Assembly: GCA_902611715.1 (NCBI GenBank)
Contig: CACMAQ010000003.1
Location: forward strand, 1-62,266
Origin: an uncultured Pelagibacteraceae bacterium
Lineage (GTDB): Bacteria > Pseudomonadota > Alphaproteobacteria > Pelagibacterales > AG-422-B15
Reading direction: 5' to 3'
DNA length: 62,266 nucleotides
In this document: positions 19,689-28,853 of the stretch, one piece after another
Layout of the letters: every line of letters starts with the position of its first letter
Position numbering within the stretch: the first letter of the stretch is position 1
Made by a program: the position numbers and the translations under genes
The notes under the pieces: generated by a model
Told to the model about the DNA's origin: nothing
Database searches by the model: none
Seen by the model: only the letters and a program-made list of their open reading frames with translations

Positions 19689-20579
19689 ATGAATAGATCA
19701 AAAATAATCGGATCAACTGCTTTAGCATCGTTGATGGCTGCAGGCGCAGCTTCAGCTGAAATGTCAATAAGTGGTTTCGCATCCGGTAAATTTATGGACA
19801 ATGATGGTGGTGGACTATCTCAAAGTATGTCTACTAACTCAATTTACGTTTCATACAGTGACTCTTTAGATAACGGTATGGGATTGAGTGTAATGATGTC
19901 TATTGCTGACGGTGGCGACAATAAAATTGGAGCTTCTGTCGACACAGGTATGGGTACTCTTAAGTTCGCTGAAGCTGGAGACTCAGCTGTTGATGGCATG
20001 GATAGTTCTCCAGCATGTTTCTCAATCCTAGATTGCTACGTTGTTGCTATAAGTGGTAAAGGTGGCGGAGCTGGCATCTATGATGATGGTGATGCCTCTT
20101 CTGGAAACTCAATTAAATACTCTAACTCAATGGGTGGAGTAGATTTTGCAATTTCAAGAGGTATGGAATCAGCAACAAATGATCCTACTATGTCTTACGC
20201 TGCCAGCACTTCAATCATGGGTGCAACAATTGCGGCTGGTGTATCTGCGATCGATGTGAAATCTGGAACTGACTCAGATCCAAGCTTTGTAACTGTTGGT
20301 TATTCAATTGCTGGCCTTAACTTAGGTTATGCATTGTATGACTCTGATACTGGTGGTGAAGAAACACAAATGGGTGTAGGTACATCTGTTGCTGGTTTTG
20401 ATGTTGGTGTTCAATTCGCAGAACATGACTACACTACAGACACTGACTACATGAGAGTATCTGTGAACAAAGGTCTTGGCGCAATGTCACTCGGTGTTGA
20501 TTACATCGAAACTGATGAAGCAGGCGGCACAACTAATGACACAGATGTGTACAAACTTAACTACGTAATTGGATTCTAA
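19689..20579 (+). CDS. Putative outer-membrane beta-barrel porin
   Basis: Start set to ATG 19689, preceded by AAAGGA. It has a signal peptide ending AASA-E, Gly/Ser/Thr/Asp/Ala-rich alternating segments and few Lys. The C-terminus YKLNYVIGF ends in Phe, as in OMP barrels. Confidence 0.6.
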   Translation: MNRSKIIGSTALASLMAAGAASAEMSISGFASGKFMDNDGGGLSQSMSTNSIYVSYSDSLDNGMGLSVMMSIADGGDNKIGASVDTGMGTLKFAEAGDSAVDGMDSSPACFSILDCYVVAISGKGGGAGIYDDGDASSGNSIKYSNSMGGVDFAISRGMESATNDPTMSYAASTSIMGATIAAGVSAIDVKSGTDSDPSFVTVGYSIAGLNLGYALYDSDTGGEETQMGVGTSVAGFDVGVQFAEHDYTTDTDYMRVSVNKGLGAMSLGVDYIETDEAGGTTNDTDVYKLNYVIGF

Positions 20580-20607
20580 TCATCTAATTATTAGTATTTG
20601 ATTTAAA

Positions 20608-20640
20608 ATGCCCTACATTAATTTGTAGGGCATTTTTTTT
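20608..20640 (+). terminator. Rho-independent terminator after the porin-like gene
   Basis: 10-bp stem ATGCCCTACA / TGTAGGGCAT with a 6-nt loop, followed by T7. It ends directly at the yggS ATG. Confidence 0.75.
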
Positions 20641-21294
20641 ATGAGCACTTATAAAAATTTTTTAAATAAGTTAGAAAATTCATTGCAGATTGCAGGCAGA
20701 AGGATAGACGATATTGAATTAATTGCTGTCAGCAAAAAAAAGCCCATTTCTGATATACAAAGTGTAATTGATGAAGGCCATTTATTGTTTGGTGAAAATC
20801 AAATTCAAGAAATTGAAAAAAAATGGCCTGAATTAAAAAAATCAAATTCAAATGTAGAACTCCATTTTATTGGAAGCATTCAAAGTAGAAAAGTAGAATC
20901 GATTCACGAAAATTGTGAAGTTATTCACTCCATAGATAGAATGAAAATAGTAAATCTATTTTCGGAACTAGAGACCGCTAAAAGTAAAAAGAGGAAATAT
21001 TTTATACAGATCAATACAGGGAATGAGCCTCAGAAATCAGGAGTTTTATTACATGAAGCTGGAGAATTCATTTCTGATTGTATATCAAACTATAATTTAA
21101 ACATCATTGGTTTAATGTGCCTACCTCCCATCAATGAAGATCCCCGAAAACATTTTATAAAATTAAAAGATTTAGCAGAAAAGTTTAAACTTGATTTTCT
21201 GAGTATGGGCATGTCAGGTGACTATCAAACTGCTGTGGAATGTGGGGCAACTCATATAAGAATTGGCACTCACATTTTTGGTGAGAGGAATTAG
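20641..21294 (+). CDS. yggS: YggS-family pyridoxal-phosphate homeostasis protein
   Basis: 217 aa alanine-racemase-N fold. LIAVSKKKP holds the PLP Lys, and C-terminal HIRIGTHIFG fits the family. Confidence 0.85.
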   Translation: MSTYKNFLNKLENSLQIAGRRIDDIELIAVSKKKPISDIQSVIDEGHLLFGENQIQEIEKKWPELKKSNSNVELHFIGSIQSRKVESIHENCEVIHSIDRMKIVNLFSELETAKSKKRKYFIQINTGNEPQKSGVLLHEAGEFISDCISNYNLNIIGLMCLPPINEDPRKHFIKLKDLAEKFKLDFLSMGMSGDYQTAVECGATHIRIGTHIFGERN

Positions 21295-21785
21295 TTTTTT
21301 ATAATTAACTTTGTTTCCAAGCCGATTATTTTTGACAATTCAATAATATTTTTTTTCTCAATTGCGATACAACCCTCGGTGCCTTCAAAATTTGGTTTGC
21401 TGATATGTAAAAAAATTGCACTACCATTTCCAGGAACAATAGGATCAGTGTTATAATTAATAACAAATAATAAATCATACAGACTGTCTTCTCGATATAG
21501 TTTCTCAGCACTTGCATTAAATGGAAATTTAATCAATTGATTATACTGTTTATGTTCAGGATCATCACACCAGCCACAGTCTTTATCTATAACTTGTGAA
21601 GGTAAATTGAAAACCATTTCTCCTAATTTATCAGCTCGATAGAAAACCTTTTTGAATTTAAACTCACCAATGGGAGTTTTATGATCACCTTCAATTTTAT
21701 TTTTTGTTAGCCCATCTCTCCCTATCGCACATGAATATTGACCCAGATCAGAGTGAAGATAACTATTTTGTACCAATAAATTCAT
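21291..21785 (-). CDS. YkuD (L,D-transpeptidase catalytic) fold protein without a signal peptide
   Basis: 164 aa. GSAIFLHISKPNFEGTEGCIAI carries the His...Cys catalytic motif of YkuD domains. No hydrophobic N-terminal segment. Confidence 0.7.
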   Translation of the reverse strand: MNLLVQNSYLHSDLGQYSCAIGRDGLTKNKIEGDHKTPIGEFKFKKVFYRADKLGEMVFNLPSQVIDKDCGWCDDPEHKQYNQLIKFPFNASAEKLYREDSLYDLLFVINYNTDPIVPGNGSAIFLHISKPNFEGTEGCIAIEKKNIIELSKIIGLETKLIIKN

Positions 21786-21810
21786 AATTTATATTATAGT
21801 TATCTATACA

Positions 21811-22470
21811 ATGGAAAAAAGAACTATCCCAATAACTTTTGGTAATGAAAAATTACACATATTTTTTGAGGAAATTATCGAATATTACAACGACTTTGGT
21901 AACTTTAAATTTCAGATTATAAATAAAGAAGCTTTGGAGAATTATAATAAGAACATCTTAATTACAGATGACGAATTCCTCATAAATCAAGAATCATTCA
22001 TTTTAGCATTTGGTTTAATTTTTGTAATTAATTCACATGACTCTCATTTAAAAAAAACAAAATTTAATAATGAAATAATATTATTAGATATACCTTTAAG
22101 AATACAAGATATGTTTCAGAGAGTTTCTATAAGTCTCGAACAAATTGACGCGCAAAATTCTAAAAAATTGATATTCAAAGAATTTATTTATGATCCAAAT
22201 ATGAGAACATTGTACAAAGATAATTTGAATATAAGATTCACTGAAAAGGAGTCACAAATTTTTATGTGCCTGTTAGACAACAGCAACGCCTATATTTCAA
22301 AAAAAAATCTTTTAAAAAAAGTATGGAGTTATAATGAAGATATTGATACGCACACGTTGGAAACGCATATTTATTCACTAAGAAAGAAGATTGAAAAAAA
22401 TCTCAAGCTAAAGGATTTAATCATCTTTTTGGATAACAAAGGATACTTTTTAAATAAAAAAATATTATAA
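21811..22470 (+). CDS. OmpR/PhoB-type winged-helix transcriptional regulator with a degenerate receiver-like N-terminal domain
   Basis: 219 aa. The C-terminal FTEKESQIFMCLL...VWSYNEDIDTHTLETHIYSLRKKIE matches the trans_reg_C pattern. The N-terminus lacks the acidic DD pair and the K-P motif of canonical receivers. Confidence 0.7.
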   Translation: MEKRTIPITFGNEKLHIFFEEIIEYYNDFGNFKFQIINKEALENYNKNILITDDEFLINQESFILAFGLIFVINSHDSHLKKTKFNNEIILLDIPLRIQDMFQRVSISLEQIDAQNSKKLIFKEFIYDPNMRTLYKDNLNIRFTEKESQIFMCLLDNSNAYISKKNLLKKVWSYNEDIDTHTLETHIYSLRKKIEKNLKLKDLIIFLDNKGYFLNKKIL

Positions 22471-22471
22471 G

Positions 22472-23830
22472 TTAAACATTAAGCAATAAATGCTCTCTTT
22501 CCCAGGCACTTATCACATTTTGATATGCATCATGCTCAGTCTGTTTAATCTCAGTAAAAAGTGTCACAAATTCTTTTCCTAAAGTTTCAGACAATTCATT
22601 ACTCACTTTTAATCTTTTTAGAGCATCAGGTAGGTATTTTGGTATATTGTGCCTTCTCTCAAACGCATCACCGGCGATAGGCTTTTCGGGTTCTAATTTT
22701 TCTCTTAAACCCAGATAACCGCAAGCAAGAGATGCGGCGATAGCAAGATATGGGTTTGTGTCCGCACCAGGTATTCTGTTTTCTATTCTTCTTGACTCAG
22801 GTGATGACGTTGGAACTCTAAAGGCAACAGTTCTATTTTCGATACCCCAGTGGGTATTAATTGGAGCTGAGGCATCAATGACAAATCGCCTGTATGAATT
22901 CACATATGGTGCAAACAAGAGCATTGCATCTGGTAAATATGTCTGAAGACCTCCTATATAATGTAAAAATTCTTTAGAATTATTTCCATCTTTATCACTA
23001 AAAAGATTTTTATTTGTTTTAGTTGAAACAAGATTTTGGTGAATGTGCATTGAACTTCCAGGCTGACCTTGATATGGCTTTGACATAAACGTTGCATGTA
23101 TTCCATGCTTTAATGCCACTTGCCTTACAGCTCTTTTAAACATGAACGCTTGGTCTGCAAGCGCCAATGGGTCACCGTGATTTAGATTTATTTCGATTTG
23201 AGAAGGACCTGACTCATGCACAAGTGTATCCACTCCTATCTCCATTAGTTCACAATAATCATAAATATCATCCGTTAGAGCATCAAACTCATTGACGGCA
23301 TCTATTCCAAAAACACGGCTTCCAGTTTCTCTCCGACCAGACTTTCCAACTGGAGTTTTTAAAGGTAAGTCAGGATCAAGATTTTGTTCACATAAATAAA
23401 ATTCTAATTCAGGTGCTACAATTGCTTTTAAAGTTTCCTCTTTTAATAATTCAATAACGTTAATTAAAACCTGGCGTGGTGCAATCTCTGATGCCTCACC
23501 AGTTCCATATTTAAGATCACAAATAATTTGTGCTGTTGGTTCTTTATTCCAAGGAATTTTTCTAAGAGTTGATAAGTCAGGAGACATGAATAAATCTTCT
23601 TCAACATAATTTATCACTTCACTCTCATACACCCATTTACCAGAAACTGTTTGACCAAAGACCGAGTCAGCCAGTTTGAGACTTTGATCCTCTATGGATT
23701 TTACAAATCTTTGAACAGGAAGAATTTTTCCCTTTGATGATCCAGCCATATCAGGAAAAATACATTCTACTTCAGAGATTTTGTTAGACTCAAGCCATTG
23801 CTTAAGTTCACTGTTTGAACTAACCGTCAT
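22472..23830 (-). CDS. Glutamine synthetase family gamma-glutamyl-amine ligase (PuuA/GmaS/GlnA-like)
   Basis: 452 aa with a GS catalytic domain: KPYQGQPGSSMHIHQ, NRTVAFRVP, ENRIPGADTNPYL. The substrate cannot be assigned by eye. Confidence 0.8.
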   Translation of the reverse strand: MTVSSNSELKQWLESNKISEVECIFPDMAGSSKGKILPVQRFVKSIEDQSLKLADSVFGQTVSGKWVYESEVINYVEEDLFMSPDLSTLRKIPWNKEPTAQIICDLKYGTGEASEIAPRQVLINVIELLKEETLKAIVAPELEFYLCEQNLDPDLPLKTPVGKSGRRETGSRVFGIDAVNEFDALTDDIYDYCELMEIGVDTLVHESGPSQIEINLNHGDPLALADQAFMFKRAVRQVALKHGIHATFMSKPYQGQPGSSMHIHQNLVSTKTNKNLFSDKDGNNSKEFLHYIGGLQTYLPDAMLLFAPYVNSYRRFVIDASAPINTHWGIENRTVAFRVPTSSPESRRIENRIPGADTNPYLAIAASLACGYLGLREKLEPEKPIAGDAFERRHNIPKYLPDALKRLKVSNELSETLGKEFVTLFTEIKQTEHDAYQNVISAWEREHLLLNV

Positions 23831-23865
23831 TGCTATTGAAATATTTTATAAAACCTGCCTGTGGT

Positions 23866-24435
23866 TTAATTATATTTAACCACGAATAAATTCTTGCTTA
23901 TAAATATATTTTTTTTTATTTTTGTAAACTTAAAAACCGTTTTATTCTCAAATTCGTCATAAATTTCCCACTTTTTTAAATCTAAAGATTGTCGATCAAA
24001 TACAAATTTGATTTGATTATCAGATTTGTCATCTTTTACTTTAAGCATCAAATGATAAAAATTATTATCATCTTTTAAAGATATGATATCGAATTCATTC
24101 TCTATTAAGATATCTTCCGATAAGAGTTTTTTTAAAATACTGTTGCCGATATAGAAGCTATCTATTTGACGCCCTTCTTTATCCACCACTACCATCAAGC
24201 TTTGATTAGTGATTATGTCTTCCTCTCTACCTTCATATTTGAACTTTGATTGAAAAGGCTTTAAGAAAAAAAATTGCCCTTCAAAAATATTTCCTTCTTG
24301 ATCAATTTGTTCAAATTGACCAGACATTGACTTTATTTGATTCCAATTATCTTCTATAGCTGAAACAATTGGATCGGATGAAGAATTCTTAACAACAAAA
24401 AAAAATAGGAAGATCGATAAAATTAATGGCTTCAT
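23866..24435 (-). CDS. lolA: Outer-membrane lipoprotein carrier protein LolA-like
   Basis: 189 aa with a signal peptide and GQFEQ...GQFFFLKPFQSKFKYE, a LolA pattern. ATGA-coupled downstream of ftsK, a conserved pairing. Confidence 0.7.
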   Translation of the reverse strand: MKPLILSIFLFFFVVKNSSSDPIVSAIEDNWNQIKSMSGQFEQIDQEGNIFEGQFFFLKPFQSKFKYEGREEDIITNQSLMVVVDKEGRQIDSFYIGNSILKKLLSEDILIENEFDIISLKDDNNFYHLMLKVKDDKSDNQIKFVFDRQSLDLKKWEIYDEFENKTVFKFTKIKKNIFISKNLFVVKYN

Positions 24436-26711
24436 GAGGAATTAAACTTATCAAAATTGACTTCCCTTTTACCTACATGATTTGCAGCACTTATATATCC
24501 GCTTTCTTCAAGTTGATCCATAATTCTTGCAGCACGATTATATCCAATTTGTAGTTTTCTTTGCAATAGGCTTGTAGATGCTTTACCTTCTTTTTTTATA
24601 ATATCCAGAGAGTCCTGCAGCAAATCATCGTGATCACCTTCTGAGACTATGCCGAGATCATTCTCAATTTCTTCTTCTTTTAATATTTCCTCGTCATACT
24701 CAGGATTACCTTGCTTTCGAAGTGCGCTAACAATGTTTTCGATCTCTTGATCTGAAATAAACGGACCGTGTATTCTTGATGTCATTCCGCCAGCAGTCAT
24801 CATTAACATATCACCTTTACCCAATAATCTCTCAGCTCCTTCATCACCTAGAATGGTACGACTGTCGAACTTCGAGCTTACTTGAAAACTAATTCTGCTT
24901 GGAAAATTAGCCTTAATTGTTCCTGTAATCACATCGACACTTGGTCTTTGAGTGGCCATAATTAAATGGATACCCGCTGCTCTTGCCATCTGCGATAGTC
25001 TTTGAATCGCGTGCTCAATTTCCTTTCCAGCAACCATCATTAAGTCAGCCATCTCATCAACAACAACCACAATGAAAGGCATCTTTTTATTTTCGATTTC
25101 AATTTGTTTAGTTGTTGGCTGTCCAGTTTCTGGATTTATTCCAGATGGGATTGATCTCACTATCTTTTCTGACTTTTTAATAGCTTCAGCCATTCTCTGA
25201 TTATAGTTTTCAATATTTCTAACCCCTAACAAAGACATATTTTTGTATCGAGTCTCCATTTCTCTAACAACCCATTTAAGAGCAACAATTGCCTTTTTTG
25301 GATCAGTTACAACTGGAGTGATTAGATGAGGCACACCTTCATAAACTGACAATTCAAGCATCTTTGGATCAATTAGTATAAATTTGCAATCATCAGGAGA
25401 ATGTTTGTATAAGATTGAAGTAATCATTACATTTATTCCCACAGACTTTCCAGAACCTGTTGTTCCGGCAATAAGAAGGTGGGGCATATTTTCTAAATTA
25501 GCAAACTTAGCATTACCACTTATATCTTTACCAAGAGCTAAAATTAAATTTTTTTCATTGTTTACAAACTGTTCATTTTTAAAAAGCTCACTTAAATAAA
25601 CAGGATTCTTAATTGTATTTGGTATTTCAATTCCAATGACATTTTTGCCTGGAATGATTGCAACACGAGCTGACATCGCACTCATGTTTCTTGCTATATC
25701 ATCCGATAATGAAATAATTTTGGAGGCCTTAATTCCTGGCGCAGGTTGTAATTCATACATAGTGACTATAGGGCCGGGTGAAACTGCAATAATTTCACCC
25801 TCAATTTTAAAATCAGTCAAAACACTTTTTAGTTTTTCAGCGTTTATTTTAAGCTCTTCATGATTAACAGCATTGTCTCTACTTAATTCAGGTTTAGTTA
25901 AAAAATTGATATCTGGTGCTTTATATGTTTGTGCGTCAAAGACTATTTCGTCTTGCTGAATCAAAGTTTCTTTATTGGCTATCTCATTTCCATAAGTTGA
26001 CACCGGTTTATTTTTTAGTGACTCGAAATCAATTTTAGGTTCAAGGTTTTTATTGCTTAAATTATTTTCAGATGAGATTTTTTGAACGGGCCTTTTGAAA
26101 ATATTTCCATAAACTATGCTTACTAATTTTCTTATAACAGAAATAAAGACTATAATTAATTGAAATACTAATTTAAAAAACTTTCTCCATTCGTCTAAAC
26201 CTAAGCCCATTGTGAAGTAAAATGAAGTTAGAAAAAAAATAAAAATAATCGTGACGAATAAATAATTTAAATAAATATTTTTCAGTAAGTTTGTTTCATC
26301 GAGAAAAATGAGTGATTGGTTCGCAATAAAACCATTTGATATCGGTAAGCCTACAGCTTCAAAAAAAAGAGCAAGTAAATAAATCGTGATTGGTAATAAT
26401 AAAAAATTAAGTGCAAACATTTCTAAGCTTTTAGAAAAAAAAAGTTTATATGCCCAGCTTGTTAGTACAATGCAAATGAGAAAGCTGCTGTATCCAAAAA
26501 ATTGCATTAGTATTTCAGATACGTTTGCTCCAATGTATCCACCTATATTTTTTACTTCATAGTTGTTTAAATTAAGAATACTTGGGTCAAAACTTGAATA
26601 ACTTACTATTGATATGAGTATAAATGCACTTAATAATATTGATGCAACACCACTTATCTCAAGTAATCGATTGACTAAAAAAAGTTTAATAGAGTCAGGT
26701 AAAAGCTTCAT
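24432..26711 (-). CDS. ftsK: DNA translocase FtsK
   Basis: 759 aa with N-terminal TM segments, Walker A GTTGSGKSV and a C-terminal gamma winged-helix (LLQRKLQIGYNRAARIMDQLE). Confidence 0.95.
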   Translation of the reverse strand: MKLLPDSIKLFLVNRLLEISGVASILLSAFILISIVSYSSFDPSILNLNNYEVKNIGGYIGANVSEILMQFFGYSSFLICIVLTSWAYKLFFSKSLEMFALNFLLLPITIYLLALFFEAVGLPISNGFIANQSLIFLDETNLLKNIYLNYLFVTIIFIFFLTSFYFTMGLGLDEWRKFFKLVFQLIIVFISVIRKLVSIVYGNIFKRPVQKISSENNLSNKNLEPKIDFESLKNKPVSTYGNEIANKETLIQQDEIVFDAQTYKAPDINFLTKPELSRDNAVNHEELKINAEKLKSVLTDFKIEGEIIAVSPGPIVTMYELQPAPGIKASKIISLSDDIARNMSAMSARVAIIPGKNVIGIEIPNTIKNPVYLSELFKNEQFVNNEKNLILALGKDISGNAKFANLENMPHLLIAGTTGSGKSVGINVMITSILYKHSPDDCKFILIDPKMLELSVYEGVPHLITPVVTDPKKAIVALKWVVREMETRYKNMSLLGVRNIENYNQRMAEAIKKSEKIVRSIPSGINPETGQPTTKQIEIENKKMPFIVVVVDEMADLMMVAGKEIEHAIQRLSQMARAAGIHLIMATQRPSVDVITGTIKANFPSRISFQVSSKFDSRTILGDEGAERLLGKGDMLMMTAGGMTSRIHGPFISDQEIENIVSALRKQGNPEYDEEILKEEEIENDLGIVSEGDHDDLLQDSLDIIKKEGKASTSLLQRKLQIGYNRAARIMDQLEESGYISAANHVGKREVNFDKFNSS

Positions 26712-26817
26712 TATTCAACAAATAAAATAAAAATATTGAGATTCTATTAGTATTTGATTCATCTTGTTATTATATAGTTTCTTAAACAATTAACTGACTA
26801 AATTATTCAAATAATAA

Positions 26818-27990
26818 ATGAAATATGAATTTACTATATTTGGGTTTGGTATTTCAGCTAAAATAACATCATGCCTGTTAGCCAGAAATGGATTTTCAGT
26901 CTGTCTTATTTCAGATAGAGATCAAAAACATGAAATATCAAACACTAACCTTGTCACGTTCTTATCTAGGGGTTCGATAAATTATCTCTCTTTCATGTTT
27001 CCAAACATAAAGCTATTTGAGGAACATCCCGAAATTGACTCTATACACTGTGAATTAAACAGCCTGAGAGGAAACAAACCTCAGTCCATAAAGTTTAATG
27101 ATGGAGAAAAGCAAAATCTTGGGAAAATTGTAAAAAATACAGATTTAGAGAAATACTTAGATCAAGAAATAGGCCAGTTCAGAAATATAAATATTATTCA
27201 TGGAAGCTATCCTTCCATGGTTGAAAACAAAAAAGATGGCATTAAACTTAAACTTAATAACGGAGAGGAAATAGACTCTGATTTATTTATAGTATCATCA
27301 ACAAAAAATAATATTGCTGATCATATCAATATTAATTTTATTAAAAAAGACTTAGAAAAGAGTGCTATTTCTATAAATGTTAAGGGTGATATTAATAATG
27401 CAAATTGTGCATTCCAAAAATTTACTTCCGATGGACCTTTAGCTCTATTACCTTATTCAAAGAATGAAGCCTCCATTATTTGGTCAATAAAAAGAGATTC
27501 AAAATTATTGCACAAAGACAATGACGAGCTTTTGCAAATTATCACTAAGCACCTGAGTCAACAAGTTTCTTCAATTAAGATGACAAGCAATGAAAAACAT
27601 AAGCTTCAATTTGTCTATGCCAAAAATCTTGTATACAAGAATACAGTATTGCTTGGTAATATAGCTCACAATATACATCCTATTGCTGGCCAAGGACTTA
27701 ATTTAAGCATTAAAGATATAGCTGTGTTTGTAAAACAGATTAAAAAATATAAATCTTTAGGCTTTAAGCTGAGTGATCAAATGGTTTTGGAAGAGTTTGA
27801 AACGAAAAGAAAAGTTGATAACACAGCCTATTCATTTGGTACATTTTTACTTGATGATTTATTCTCCAGTAATAACAACTTTGTAAATTATACAGTCCGA
27901 ACAGGTTTGGGTTTAGTTGAAAATATCAAAAATCTCAAACAGCTTTTTATAAGAAGTGCTACAGGTGAGGATTTTTATAGAGCTCTTTAA
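26818..27990 (+). CDS. UbiH/UbiF/Coq6-family FAD-dependent hydroxylase
   Basis: 390 aa. GNIAHNIHPIAGQGLNLSIKD matches the family's GDAAH..HP.AGQG.N motif. The N-terminal dinucleotide motif is weak (FGFGISA). Confidence 0.75.
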   Translation: MKYEFTIFGFGISAKITSCLLARNGFSVCLISDRDQKHEISNTNLVTFLSRGSINYLSFMFPNIKLFEEHPEIDSIHCELNSLRGNKPQSIKFNDGEKQNLGKIVKNTDLEKYLDQEIGQFRNINIIHGSYPSMVENKKDGIKLKLNNGEEIDSDLFIVSSTKNNIADHININFIKKDLEKSAISINVKGDINNANCAFQKFTSDGPLALLPYSKNEASIIWSIKRDSKLLHKDNDELLQIITKHLSQQVSSIKMTSNEKHKLQFVYAKNLVYKNTVLLGNIAHNIHPIAGQGLNLSIKDIAVFVKQIKKYKSLGFKLSDQMVLEEFETKRKVDNTAYSFGTFLLDDLFSSNNNFVNYTVRTGLGLVENIKNLKQLFIRSATGEDFYRAL

Positions 27991-28643
27991 TGGAGTTGAT
28001 CGCTCTTTTCTCCAGAAAGATCGAAGATATAAGATTGATAGAGCGCCTCAAGTGCGTGACCTCTCGTGATCAATGTTTTCGCTTCAAGAAGAAGTTGTTT
28101 TTCTTCTGGAGTGAAAGGTACCAATATTCCTGAGTAATTAATTAATTGCTCAGTTGGAGTTTGTTTAATGATCTCCCAGTCAGCTAAAATTTTTCTATGC
28201 TCAAGATATCGTTTAACCAATGCCAGAAGTTTTGACCGGTCAATGCTGTCACTATTTTGATTCTCAGTATCAGTCTTAAAATTATCATAATTAGCGAGAA
28301 CTTGTCTGTAAGGAGTAGTTACATCCAATTCCTCATCAACTTCAAATCTTACGACGCCAGATAATGTAATTAAGTATCTACTGTCTTCTGCCTCGTTAAA
28401 TGAAGAGATGCGACCGACACATCCAACTCTTTTTAGAGATTTGTTTCCAGCTTCTTGATTTTGAGACGCAGGCTGTATCATGCCTAAGAGTCTTCCTGGA
28501 CTAGCAAGAGCATCATCTATCATTTGAACATAGCGTGGCTCAAAGATGTTTAGGGGTAATTGTGTCCCTGGAAATAGAACTGCTCCAGTTAGTGGAAATA
28601 TGGGGATTTTTTTAGATAGATCCTGAATGTTGATGTTTTTCAT
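27987..28643 (-). CDS. LON substrate-binding (Lon N-terminal) domain protein
   Basis: Start moved to ATG 28643 (MKNINIQDL...). IPIFPLTGAVLFPGTQLPLNIFEPRY is the Lon N-domain signature. No ATPase or protease domain. Confidence 0.75.
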   Translation of the reverse strand: MKNINIQDLSKKIPIFPLTGAVLFPGTQLPLNIFEPRYVQMIDDALASPGRLLGMIQPASQNQEAGNKSLKRVGCVGRISSFNEAEDSRYLITLSGVVRFEVDEELDVTTPYRQVLANYDNFKTDTENQNSDSIDRSKLLALVKRYLEHRKILADWEIIKQTPTEQLINYSGILVPFTPEEKQLLLEAKTLITRGHALEALYQSYIFDLSGEKSDQLH

Positions 28644-28734
28644 GTTATTAAAAATAATACAATAGTTGTTATAAAAATGAAATAATCCGCTTATCTTGAA
28701 AAACAAGGCTTTTTCTATTAGAACAAACAATATT

Positions 28735-28809
28735 GCGAGTGTAGCTCAGTGGTAGAGCGAAACGTTGCCAACGTTTAGGTCGAGGGTTCGACTCCCTTCA
28801 CTCGCTCCA
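28735..28809 (+). tRNA. tRNA-Gly (anticodon GCC), CCA encoded
   Basis: Cloverleaf folded by hand: acceptor GCGAGTG/CACTCGC, D stem GCTC/GAGC, anticodon stem AAACG/CGTTT, loop TTGCCAA, T arm GAGGG-TTCGACT-CCCTT, discriminator T, then CCA. Confidence 0.95.
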
Positions 28810-28853
28810 AATTAAAAGAACACAATAGAAGATAGTTTGTATAAACTCATCTT

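Noticed and set aside
28644-28730. 29-codon N-terminal extension of the Lon-N domain ORF reaching to 5 nt from the tRNA
   Set aside because: The extension (MFVLIEKALFFKISGLFHFYNNYCIIFNN) has no family similarity. The conserved domain begins right after the internal ATG at 28643.
28735-28809. tRNA-Gly as an integration hotspot for mobile elements
   Set aside because: Both flanks are ordinary genes (a Lon-N domain protein and an MFS transporter). There is no integrase and no duplicated tRNA 3' end.
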